Source: Gracilinanus agilis (taxonomy: Eukaryota). From it: a stretch of DNA of 62,336 nucleotides. The DNA is taken from positions 197,360,847 to 197,423,182 of the forward strand of contig NC_058134.1 of NCBI RefSeq assembly GCF_016433145.1, given 5' to 3'. Positions 40,590 to 52,818 of the stretch are shown piece by piece. The position numbers were made by a program, and so were the translations under genes. Every line of letters begins with the position of its first letter. The first letter of the stretch is position 1. Under the pieces are notes generated by a model, which saw only the letters and a list, made by a program, of their open reading frames with translations, was not told the DNA's origin and searched no databases.

Positions 40590-42560
40590 AGCATTTATTA
40601 AGGACCCGCTGCGGGGCTCTGTGCTACCCGCAGGGGATACAAAGGCAGAACCAAACCAAACCAACAGGAAAATGACCCCTGCCCCCCAAAGGGCTCACAG
40701 CCTAACGGAGGGGACCACGAGGAAAAACTGTACAAATGAGAGCTAGATAGTTTAAAATGGGGATCCTACGGAGAGAAGGCGCTCGGATTGAGAACAACTG
40801 GGGACAGCCCCAGGCAGAAGGTGGGAGTTTAACAGAGACTTGGAGGGAGCCAGGAGAGAGCATCCCAGGAGAGAGCACAGCCAGAAGAAACTCAGTCAGA
40901 TGGCTTGTCCTGGACCTGGACCAGCCCAGCGTCATCCGAAGGCAGAGTAGGTGTGAGAAGCCTGGAACGGCAGAAAGGCGGCAAGTTTTAAAGGGCCTTA
41001 AAAGTCAAGCAGGATTATATATGTGATCCTGGACACAACAGGGAGCCCGTGGGAGTTTGTGAAATAGACTTGTGCTTTAGAAAGATCGGTTTGGCCGCTG
41101 AATGGAAGACAACCAGAGAGGGGAGGCAGAGGCGGTGACTGGTGCCATAGTCCAGGCACGAGACCCCCTGTGCAGGGTTAGGGATGGTCCGGCAGGAGTG
41201 CCAGGGGAGAGAGGGTGGCATATCCAGAGATAGGACAAAGATGGAAAAGACAGACTTTGACCAGAGATGAGAGTAAGGATGGAAGAGCTGAGGATGATGC
41301 TTAGCCTGGACGACTGGGGGAATGTCGATGTTCTTGACAGTGATAAAGAAGTTAGGGAGAGACTCAGGATAAAAAAGGCTATTCAAAGCCACAAAAGGAA
41401 CTGTTGCAATCTGTTTATAGATCAAAGCATGCCATCTTTGGCTTTGTTTCCTTCATGAATTTTTAATTGTATATAGTATGTTTTCTGACACTGCATGGAG
41501 ATATGGACATGTGTATTGCATGAAACACCAGTATAACCTATAACAGGCCATTTATTGCTTGGGGGAGGAGAGAGGGAGAGAGAGAATCTGAATCACAAAA
41601 GGTCAGAAAACAGTTGTAAAAAAAAATGTTTATGTGTAATTGGAAAAAATAAAGAAGTTAAGTAGAAGGGAAAGTTTTGGGGGAAATATGAGGAGGTCAG
41701 TGTTGGACACTTGGAGTTTAAGGTGTCTGTGGAACATCCAGTTAGTGATGTCCAATAGATAATTGGCTGGTAGTCTGGAGAGAGGGCAAGACCAGGCAAA
41801 AAACATCTGAGAACCATCTACATAGAGATGATCACTTAATCCATGGGAGCTGGTGAGATCACCCAGCAAAATAGTATAAAGGGAGAAGAGAAGAAGGCCA
41901 GGACAGAGCCTGGGAAGACCATGTTAGCAGGCATGAACTGGATGAAGATTGGAGACCAAGAAGGAGCAGTCCAACAGGTAGAACCAGGAAAGAGCAGTAC
42001 CATGGAAACCTAGAGAGAAGACAACAATAAGAAGAGGGTGATTGTGACAAAGGCTGCAAAGAGGTCAAGAAGAATGAGGCCTGAGAAAAAGCCATTAGAA
42101 TTGGCCATTAAGACATCAATGATATCTTGATGAGGTCAGAAGCCAGATTATAGAAAGTTAAGAGAACTTAGAAAAAAGAAAGAAGTGGAAGCAGCCATTG
42201 TAGAGACCCTTCTTGAGTATAACCTTGAAAGAGAAGGAGAGATATGGGGAAATTGCTTTTAGGGTCAGGCAAGGATTTTTAAGGATAGGGAAGCCATAGT
42301 AATGTGCAGTAGGGAAGCAGCTAGTGGATGAGGAGAGATGGAAGATTAATGAGCTTGGGGATGATAGAAGGAACAATCTGTTGGAAAAGATGAAATGGAA
42401 TGGGATCACTTGTAGATAGAATTTCCCTTGGCAAGGAGAAGGGCCTATGTGAAATAGGGATGAAGGAGGAGATAGTAGCAGAAAGTATCTAAGTGATATG
42501 AGATGAAAAGGAGGGGAGATAAGGGAGTGTTGAGAGCCATAGAGAAACACATGATCAATT
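40590..42560 (-). mobile_element. Long L2 element, interrupted by an L1 3' fragment (~41410-41690)
   Basis: Minus translations ...CLDYG...HSAAKPIFLKHKS and SSHGLSDHLYVDGSQ match L2 ORF2 (RLDYCN, HTAARVIFL, YADDSQI); 3' end aagcatttattaag. Confidence 0.8.
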
Positions 42561-42684
42561 GGCATAATCTGTGAATCCCATCAGATCCAGCTGTAGTTGA
42601 TGGCTATAACCACTCTCTATGACTCCTCTCATTAATAAAAGTTTTTGCTGTATAATAAGTCACTTCAATTTAAAAGAAAAGGGT

Positions 42685-44310
42685 AGGGGGCAGCTGGGCA
42701 GCTCAGTGGATTGAGAGCCAAACCTAGAGATGGGAGGTCCTAGATTCAAATCTGATCTCGCTAATGCAAGGTGGCTAACAGAAACTTTTTGCTTCTATAA
42801 TTTCTAACGGTCACAAAAAGTCAGTTAAACATCTTAGAATCTTCAAAAAAGTTAGTTAGGACTTGAAGCTATAAATAGAGGTGAAGTTCCAATTGACAAG
42901 GCTTTTACCTTCTGGCTTTCATTGTGGCTGGAGGCTTTTGCTTTGACTTAGCCTGTTAGCTGTGGCCTTTCGGCTTGGCTTTGTTTTGGCCTTGGCCTGT
43001 GCTTATCTTGTCTTGGGGAAATTTAAACGTATCTCATTTCTCTGGACCTCTCCCTGATCTCTCCATTATAAATATGAAAAATAATAAAGGCTGGTATAAT
43101 AATATAAATTAGTAATTTAATTAAAGCCATGCTGATAGATAAGTTATTAGACCACGTGCTTGTAAGCATTCAAAACTGCCGCCTCCATTACTGTCTCCAA
43201 GTCTGCTAGCCAAGAGACCACTCCCTCCTAACCCAGGAGATTATAAACTCTTCCCTATGTCAAGACGTAGGCCTCCCCAAGCCCAAAAACCGGGAAACGG
43301 AAACCAGTTGGACCATGTTGGATCACGGGAAATGTAGTTTTAATACATTTCCCCTGTCCATAGAAATATATACACTTTTTAGATGGCATTTCCCAAATTT
43401 CACTTTTAGACCATCTACATTCCCCTCCCTTCCCCTGAATTTCCTTTGGGCCCTGGGTGGAAGGGAGGGCTTGGTGATTGAACATTGTGGGTTTTAGTTT
43501 CTATAGACAAGTAGAATATCCTCAAATAAGTTACTCCTAGTTTTAGTGATTTAATAAGGACTTTACTTAAAAGGCAGTCAAATCTCTGACTGGGAGAGCA
43601 GGCTCTCTCAGTCTAAACCTCGTGACCCATCCCCCACCATCACCCCTCTCCCTAGCAGCAGTTTAGAAAACCCTGAACCTCATCCCTCTGACTAACCTAA
43701 GATTAATCCCCTTGTTTCCTATTCAAGCCTCTGGTGAATCATTGTATCAAAAATTGAGGCAAGGGCTAAAGAGGGAAGGGATAATTTTCTTTTTATTTCT
43801 TGAGAGAACTGGGGGCATCCATCTTGGCAGGAAGTACCTACCCAAGACTTCCTCCAGCCATCAGTTTGACTGGCAGGGAGGGGCCCTCTCAACTCCTCCC
43901 TCAAGAGACTTTAGAAACTAACAAGAGAAACCCTCCAGCCAAAACCTAAACCTTTCTTACTGGCCTTAATTTCCTCCCTGTATCCTCTGTCTCAAGCCTC
44001 TGGGAATAAACTTGTTTGAGCTGCCCTCTCCTACATACCCCATTTCCCTTATCTCCTATATACCTTCCCATACCTTCATTCCTCCTCCAATCACCTTATA
44101 ATCACCTAATATCCCCTTTATCCTTCCTCACACCCAAATTGCCTTCATTGACCCACTCAGATTACCTTACTTTTTATAACATCTCAGATACTTCCCAGCT
44201 GTGTGACCCTGGACAAGTCACTTAACCCCCATTACCTACCCTTACCACTCTTCTGCCTTGGAGCCAATACACAGTATTGACTCCAAGATGGAAGGTAAGG
44301 GTTTTTTTTT
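42685..44310 (+). mobile_element. SINE1_Mdo-like SINE split by an LTR (42760-44181), itself containing a second LTR-like piece (~43066-43350)
   Basis: SINE halves 42685-42759 and 44182-44310 rejoin at TSD tctc; insert ends ...tttttataaca. Confidence 0.8.
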
Positions 44311-46484
44311 TAATAAATAAATAAATGAATGAATGAATGAAATAAAAGGGTGAATATGTGGGAGGCCAATAAGAGAAACAGAGTCTCAAATAGATATTTT
44401 TATCTGTACCCCATTGAAAGATCAATGCCACCCAGCAAAGTGGTGTGTTGACCCTTCTCTGCTAGTCAGAGCCAGACAGGATGGGTTATCTAAGATAAAA
44501 ATCTAAGACTCCTCTTTTGACTTCTTTTCTGATCCATACCTTTTCTTATTGGAAAAACATTATAGTCTTATTGGAAAACTTTAAGTTCTTAGCAAACCAA
44601 CAGTCAAGAGGTTAACAATTTCTCTCTCAGTTAAAATGCAGGTGCTTAGGCTCAAAACTGATTCTAGACAGTCAAGGTCAAAAATTAGTCAAAACCCCAT
44701 TCAGCAGGGGCTTTCTGCCTGAGAAAAGTATCCCGGAATTAGCTTTCTGATAATAAGGTGGCTGAAACTTGGCCTTGTTCTATTCCTGACTTATCTTCAC
44801 CTTGAGCCACTGAGAGGCTCTTTTGAATTTTGACATGACATAATTTGTATTTTCTATGCAACTGCGAAGTTTCTTTGTGCCTTTCTGTGAAATGAGGTTT
44901 GAATTCTGTATATATTAAACTTGTGACTCAATGGCACTTTGGAGAAGCAGCCATGAGCTGACAGACAAGATCATCTCTTGCTTTTTTCTTTATCACCTAA
45001 GCTGTCCCTATCAGATTCCTGGACCTGTTGGATAGCTTTCAACAAGGGAGCCCTCTAAAAATGGCCTCAATTTTTTCAGTGAAATAGGAAGCAAGGTTCT
45101 CAGCTGAAAGAGTAGGAAAGGGAACCTATGGGAAGTTCAAGGAGGGATGAAAAGGTCTGAAAAAAACCACAGGGGTAAGTGGGATAGTGAAATGATTTGG
45201 CAGGTCCAACTACTTCATTTTACAAGATGATAAAACTGAGGCCCAGGAGTACTAATTGATTTGTCCAATATTGCTCATCAGAAATATTGGAAACTAAATT
45301 TAAATATAGGTCATTATATTTCAGAGCTAGTGCTTCTTCTACTTTTGTTATTAAATCAGTCATGTCTGACTCTTTACAACTCTATTTAGGATTTTTTTTG
45401 TCAGAGAAACTGGAGTGGTTTGCCATTTCCTCCTCATTTGACAATGAGGAAACTGAGGAAAACAGGATTCAATGACTTGCCCAGAGTTATACAGCTAATA
45501 AATATCTGAGGCAAGCTTTGAATTTAGGTCTTCCTGACTCCAAGGCCAAAACTGTGTCCACTGTGCCACCTAGATGACTTAGTCCTTTTATTTTTTCCCT
45601 GTTAATAATAATAATTATTTTTAAAATAATGTATATATAGCATTTATTCTGTGTCAGGCATTGTGCTAAGCCCTTTACAGTTATCATATCAGTTGAGTCT
45701 CAGACCAACTGTGGAAGGTGGGACTATCTCTGTTTTTCAGATGAGGAAACTGAGGCAAATGAGTGGAGTGACTTACTAGCTAAATGTCTGAGACCAGATA
45801 TGAATTCAGTTCTTCCTGACTCCAGGCCCTGCTCTGTATCCACTATACCACTTAACTGCTCTGTTGCCTCTTTGAATTAGGCAACCTTGAGTGAGTCACT
45901 GAGCCTCAGTTTCATCATCTGTAAAAGGAGGAAATTAGATTAAGTGTTCTTTAAAGACCTTGTAATTATAACTACAGTGTGGGCTAAGCATACACTTGAT
46001 GAATGTTCCCACAGGAAGAGCTACCTACCCCAGGTTCATTTCCTAGCTTTGTACAAAGTGCAGAAAAGCTGACAGCCTCTTTGTTAATGATTAATTAATT
46101 CCTCAGCATGCAAGGGAGTATACTCTATAATTTGGCCACCATATAGATACCCTCAAGCCATCTGCCAAGTGGTTTTGCAAGAGTATCTCTAGCCTATGCC
46201 AAGGCTTTCTCAAGAGCTTCAATGTCTCATTGGCTAAAGGCGGTTTGCTTACAAACTTTTAAACTCCCTCCCGGTGTCACAGACTTGTCATGCTCATTCC
46301 TTAGTGTCTTCAGAGTCAAAATTTAGCTCCTGGAATAAGAAACTGGATTTTGCTCTGCAAAGAAAATTTATAGAAATCTTTATTTGTCTTGAAGACCCCA
46401 CCCCACATTTAGGAAACCTCTTGCTCATGACTGACCAACTTAATCCATAGATACAGTTAATTATCTTTTTAAATAGCCACATGA

Positions 46485-46665
46485 TTTTTTTTAAACCCTT
46501 ACCTTCTATCTTAGAATCAATACTGAGTATTGGTTCTAAGGTAGATGAGTGGTAAGGGCTAGGCAATGAGCGTTAAGTGACTAGCCACAGCTAGGAAGTG
46601 TTTGTACTCAGGACTTTCCTTCTCTAGGTATGGCTCTCAATCCACTGAGCCACTTAGATGCCCCA
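46485..46665 (-). mobile_element. SINE1_Mdo-like SINE
   Basis: Consensus motifs. Confidence 0.8.
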
Positions 46666-49082
46666 CCCCTCTTCATGATTTATTAATGATTTATTAAAAT
46701 AGAGTCTAAGTTACACTGTCCCCTTAAAACCCTTTCCAATGGGCCAAATTAAGGAAAAGGTAAAAAGGTAAAAAAAAAAAAGTATTTTTGTGTAAAGTAA
46801 GCATTTATATCAACTGACAAACAATATTGCCACTATCACCCATTAATATTTTGATGTGTAAAAAAAAGTTTGGAAAGAATGCTTTAAAAGTAAAACTGTT
46901 AACATGTAGATAAACACAGATTTAAGATTACATTTGAGAAGTTTTGGGGCTTAAAATGTGGTGTAAATTTTAAGACACAAATCTCCCTTGTGAAAGATGT
47001 AGAATGATGCCTTGCTTGTTTGGGAATAACTCGATATGTTAAAGAGGTAGAGAAAGAGCTTTTCTTTTATTTGTTGAAAAGTCAAGAAAATAGAAAAGAA
47101 ATACAGTTTCAAGGACACCAAGAGTTGGAGAACTGTGTGGGTGACTTACAGATGCAGAGCATTATGGTTACATTTGCATAGTCCTGTTTTATAACTTTAA
47201 AAAAGACTCAAATTTTAAAGTGAGAAGTGATATAAATAATTGGAGACTGAAATGTGATTTTGAAAGCATCCTTTTAATCAATTTGATAGAAGGCATTTGG
47301 GAAGTTGTGACTTTGTTATTGAGAGTCTCTGAAAGCCAGGAAGCTTTCCTTTAAGATCCTGAAGGAAAGGAACTGGGTACCAGAAAGGAAGATGAGGAGG
47401 GGGAAATCCAGGGAGAGGGAAGCTCAGCTAAAACTACTGCCAGGTAGGCATCCACCAACTGGCTTCTGTTATGTGTTTCCTGATTTGTGGGAGGCACAAT
47501 GGATTTCATTAGTCAAGAGTTTCCAAGGTACCTCTGGGTCTTGAGTATCACCAAGAGTTGGAGCCCCTTCTGGCTTAAGAAGACAAAGCAGAGGGGACTT
47601 TGGGCATCCTAGTGAATCCTCTCCAGGTTTATAGAGTTCCCCTGAGTTTGTTGCCACGAGCTCTGTTCTGATGAGACAACGCAGCATCTGAATGAACAAA
47701 AATACCGACTGTTCTATTCTGTATAGCCCTAAAACTCTGAGGAGTTTTGCTTAAAGAGAACTGCCATTCGCATGAAGAGATGGCACTTTCTAAATGCCCT
47801 TCTAAAGGAAATATTGAAATCAAAGAATTGGTCAATGGAGTAGTCCAGTGGAAAAGAGGAAGAGGATTTGGCCTCACAGTGTCAGGGGGTGAGCAGAGTA
47901 CCTTCCTGTGGTGCCCAAGTTCCAGACTGGACCAGTAACAAGAAAACCTGGAGTCCAGAACTGTGAATCACCCCAAGCATGTGGGTTTTCCTTCCTCATC
48001 TGCTTTTCTACCAAATTCTTATTAAGCATGTGCCCACTCTTCATGTATATGCCTAAGGGAGATGTGTGAGGACCTTACACACTATGGGTTGTCTACACAC
48101 ATTATAATCTCTTGTAGATATTATGTTATAAGGGCACCCTTTGAGATATTTCTGCCCCCTCCATAATCTACAATTAACTGGAGTTTTTCTTGGGGATTTT
48201 AAAAAAGGATTTCTTTTGCATTGGAAAGGACCCTTTGGAAATCGTCTTTATTTGGGATTCATTAGAAGTATTAATATCACAGGGAATTAATTCCTTTAAT
48301 TCTTAAACTTAAAACTTAACTTAAAACTGCATTTCAATATAATTGGTTTGCTTTGTAATCTTCAGTATTTTATTTTGTGCATTCAAAAACATTATCATGA
48401 AAAGGGGTCTGTGGTTTAGGCTAAAAACCCTCACTATATTAAAGAGAAAACATTGACTAGATAGTTTAAAAATGAATAGTTTTTCTGATGCTTTTATTTT
48501 GATCATCCAGACCATTTCTGTGATATAATTTGATTAATCTCTGAAGCCCAATTTTCTCATCTGGAAAATAGAGATTACAGTAGCCTCTATATCCAAGGAT
48601 TGTTGTGAACTAAGTAAGATAACATAGTATAAAGCAGTTTGCAAATTTTAAAGCTCTCTATAAATGCTGGCCCTTTTTTGGTGTTGTCAATATTCAGTAT
48701 GGAGATTAATTTAATTAATCCAGATGTACCATGTTTAGAAATATTGGTTCTTAGCAATGCAGATAAAGCACATAGAAGATTATCAGTTAAGGGATTAAGA
48801 TTTAAATGATAAACCTATTGAGTGTGTTTTACAAAATGCTATTGAAAATATAGGAAAACTTAAAGCATTAAGCTCATATGAGAAGAAAAATAAAAGATCT
48901 TTTTTTCTGCAAATTGTCAGAGAATGTAGACCATTCTAAAATTCCTGGTAGGGTAGGGGATACAAAGAGTGATTGAATTCAGGATAAAACATTATATAGG
49001 AAGAGAAAATATTGAAATAGAATTGAAGGATAGGAATCAATTAGAGAATACTAGAAGAAAAATTATTGAAATTAAATTAGAA

Positions 49083-49262
49083 GGGGGCAACTGGGTGACT
49101 CAGTGGATTAGAACCAGGCCTAGAGATGGGAGGTTCTAGGTTCAAATCTGACCTCAGACACTTCCTAGCTGGTGAGTCACTTAACCCCCATTGCCTAGCA
49201 CTCTTCTGACTAGGAACCAATACACAGGATTGATTCTAAGATGGAAGGCAAGGGTTAAAAAA
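49083..49262 (+). mobile_element. SINE1_Mdo-like SINE
   Basis: Consensus motifs. Confidence 0.85.
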
Positions 49263-49849
49263 AAGGAGGGGGTGGAAAAAAAAAAGAAAGAAAAGAAAAT
49301 TAGAAGAAAAAAGGCTTTTGAAAGAAAAGAAATATCTACAGGTGCTAATAGATTTCCCCACCCAATAAAATAAAACATCATAGAAAACCATAAACCTCAG
49401 GTAGGATTTTTATCTGGGAAGGAAACATGGAATATTTGGGTTAGAAAGGTAATTACAACTATGTAGAACTAGATGTATGTTTTTAGACACAGCTAGTGTA
49501 GAAATTTGTTTAGCTTGATTATTCCTATTACAAAGATTTGTTTTTCTTTTTTTCCCTGTCAGTGGGGAGTGAGTGGAGATGGGCAAGAAAGGAACTAGAT
49601 GAAAAAAGGAAAATTTAATTTAAAAGTTTTTACTAATTAAAAAAGCAAAGTAATTAAAAGATTATAATAACAGTGGAGAAAATACCTGAGATAGAGGAAG
49701 AACGAGACTATTAGAAAGTCTTAAATGCCCCAGAATTTTATAAAGCATAGAAAACTGAATCCCTGAAAGAATTTGGCAAGAATATTTTCAAGGACAAGAA
49801 AGAGAATTTGGTATTGGTGGGACACTGACAAATGTAAGCAAATTTTATG

Positions 49850-50100
49850 TAATATTGTTGTTGCTTAGTCACTTTTCAGACACATCTGACTTTATGTGAT
49901 CCCATTTGAGGTTTTCTTGGCAACGATAATGAAGTGGTTTCCCATTTCCTTCTCTTTTCATTTTACAGATGAGGAAACTGAGGTAAACCAGATTAAGTGA
50001 CTTGGCTCATAGCTAACAAGTATCTGAGGCCAGATTTGTGAACTCAAATCATCTGGACTCCAACCTCTGTGCTCTATCCACTGAGTCACTTAGCTGCCCA
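49850..50100 (-). mobile_element. MAR1-type SINE
   Basis: cccatttgaggttttcttggcaa...gatgaggaaactgagg motifs. Confidence 0.75.
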
Positions 50101-50391
50101 CTTTGATATTCTTTTCTACAAAAAGATGAAAGACTATTTTCAAATTTAACTAGATTAGACAAAGCAATGGGAGTCAGGTGCCTGTGCACATTCTATCAGC
50201 TTGCTTGACCTCTGCACAAAGAAGACACTGGCAGGTTTCCTTCTGGGAAAGTCACAATGCTGGGTAATAGCAGATTTCCAAGGCATTTCCTTTATACTAC
50301 TAGGCATAATATAGCTGGAAAATGGCCTCAGACTGGCTCTGTGGGCATTGGAAAAAGAAATTAGTCCTTTATCATCCACCATTTCTCTTTG

Positions 50392-50426
<35 letters not shown>

Positions 50427-50895
50427 TGTTTGGCTTCATTCATTTACTCTTTTACTCATGCTGTCTGATGCTGTGTGAGGAAGACCACTAGGGCTTTCTC
50501 CCCTTAGAGAAACAGACCGTGGATCCTGGCCTTTTCATTGGTTCTTTTCCATTCTACGGGAAGGTTAGGAGAACCCCAAGGATCCTGTTTTCTATCCTGC
50601 CTGGCATAGAAGTCCTGAGGAACAAAGGGGTGATCTTTGAGGTTCCAGCCTGGCGGTCAGACTCACTCAGCAGTCTGGCTGTGTCTAAAAATGAAATTAA
50701 TGGGATCAATGAATACGATGTAAGCAGTGAACTAAGTTTTAAACTCAATACCACTTCTTGACCTCAGATGCCAAGCTATGGTAGGAAAACTTTTGCCATA
50801 AGGTTGCTAGAGGAAATGTTTGTGCATTTGTTCTTGTCATATCTTTGAAGTAAATATATTTTTGTAAAAAATGAACTTATGTTAAGTGGTTCAAT

Positions 50896-52131
50896 TGTTG
50901 TGAGGAAGTTTTGTGCCCTGCCCTGTGTAATGCAGGATTTATGCAAGATTTCTTGCATTTGCAAAATTACCCTAAGCAATCCTGGCAGTTAGGGGAATGG
51001 AACTTTGGCTCAGCTAGTGCCAGTCTTAAGACCTGACTGTTGGAGCTGGGACTATAAATACCCCTGGAGAACCAACCTGGGGGTTCTGATTTCCTTGACC
51101 TCACCCAGACACCCAGCTACCCCTAGATTTCCCTCGGGACCCCGGGTGGTGGATTGTAGATTGTGGGTAGGAAATTAGGTTAGGTCAGCCTTGGTTCAGG
51201 GATACCCCTAAACCAAATCATCACCCTCATCTGTCTAGCTGGTGGACCACTTAACATCAGGGCAGTGGAAATTATCTCTGGCTGAGGGGCTGGTTCCCTC
51301 AGCCTGATCTTACCTTCTGAGGACCTCTGCCAACACTGGCCAGTTAGCAACAGCTTCTCCAGACCCTAACCCTCTTTCCTCAGTTTTCCCTCCTGCCTTT
51401 AAATAAACCCTTAGCCTGATACTGTGAGCTTCTATAGTTATTAATAACATCATCCAGGGCTAAGGGGCCGTGGAGAGGGAAGAAAGCAACCACCTGGCTT
51501 CAGAGGGAGTATTGGCCAGGCAACCATTTTATTCAGGAAGTATGGCAGCTTCACTTCCTGTTGGTTACTGCTCTCACTCCAGCAGGGAGGGGCTTCTCAC
51601 TCTCCACCTTAAAGGAGCCTACAGACAGCAGGGAGACTGACTGGGCATCACAGCTCAGGCATACACATCCCTGGCTGTCTCAATCATCAATCACTGTAGT
51701 TGTAGGCTCCCTGGCCCAGGTGACTCACTGGTGTCACCAGCTCCCCTAATATCAGCCACTTTATCCCCTTATTACACCTGATATAGTTTCTAGCTTAGTG
51801 TAGATAAGTTCATTCCCTGTCCCTGAGGCTTTCTCATAGACTGGTAGAATAGAGCCCCATTTTCCCTTCCTTAGACTTTAGTTTTCTTTAATTAAACCTG
51901 TGTTTATAAACCCTCTTGTTATCCACTTGTTGGTTTCACAGACTCCCTGGCTGGGTGGATCAATGTGACAGTTAAGGCCCAACTGTCACTCCTGTCAACT
52001 GCCATTCACCAAAAAGCTAAACCCAGTTTCCCTGGTTTATTTGGTCCCAGTCTATTGTCCATTCCTGTCTCCTACTCACCCTTCTGAACCCAGATAAAAA
52101 TATAAGTTAACCCCAGATTTTACCCTTAAGA
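50896..52131 (+). mobile_element. ERV 5' LTR (with nested insert 50926-51776, TSD CCTG)
   Basis: 50896-50925 and 51777-52131 align to the 3' LTR with ~18 substitutions in ~335 bp (hand count) plus a ~17-bp indel. Confidence 0.85.
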
Positions 52132-52134
52132 GTT

Positions 52135-52149
52135 TGGCAACCCAGATGG
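52135..52149 (+). promoter_or_regulatory. Primer binding site, tRNA-Arg type
   Basis: TGGCAACCCAGATGG, 14/15 to TGGCGACCCAGATGG (complement of a tRNA-Arg 3' end as I recall it), 3 nt after the 5' LTR. Confidence 0.75.
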
Positions 52150-52818
52150 TGAGTTAAGAGGAATACAGGAAGTTCACTCTTGGGCACACAGAGCCAGACT
52201 GGAATCCAGAGGATTCTGAACATTCTGGGGGGAGAGGGGGGCGGTGTAGTCATTGGCTGTAGTCTGAAAGTTCTAAGCCAGTGGTGAGCTACTCAGAACT
52301 GCTTACCTTCCTTCACCCCCGCCCCTGCCCCCAGTTCATTGATAAAATCCCTGAGTGAAGCCAATATACTATCAAGGCTGAAATAGTCACAGAGAAAGGG
52401 TTTTTCCTCATTTTTTTTTTTTTTGCCTTTTACTGTTTGTGTTATCCTGTTTGATTGTAGATTGGTTTTGTTGTAGGAATATTTGTATTGTATATTAGTC
52501 TTTAGTCTTTCATTGTGGCTAAAAATACAACTGTATTGTACCACTGGTCTTTTGTGTCAGTGTTTGGGAAAATGGTAATTGAAGACTATATTAATTATTT
52601 ACTATTGGGGTTATGGCAAGGGATATTGTTTATCTCATACTTGTGGTTTAAGATCATACCCAGGTATTGCAAAGTTATATTGGAGTTTGAGGTAGCCCAA
52701 CCTGTTCTTACCATAACTATTCTGGATATTATAGCACACACACCTATTATTGTTTTAACTAGTTACATCATATACAAAATAAGATGGATATTTTCCTGTA
52801 TTAATTATTGTTGCAAGA

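Noticed and set aside
46700-49080. AT-rich stretches with possible old L1/HAL1 coding remnants or LRRC23 exons
   Set aside because: No motif I could recognise with confidence; left unannotated
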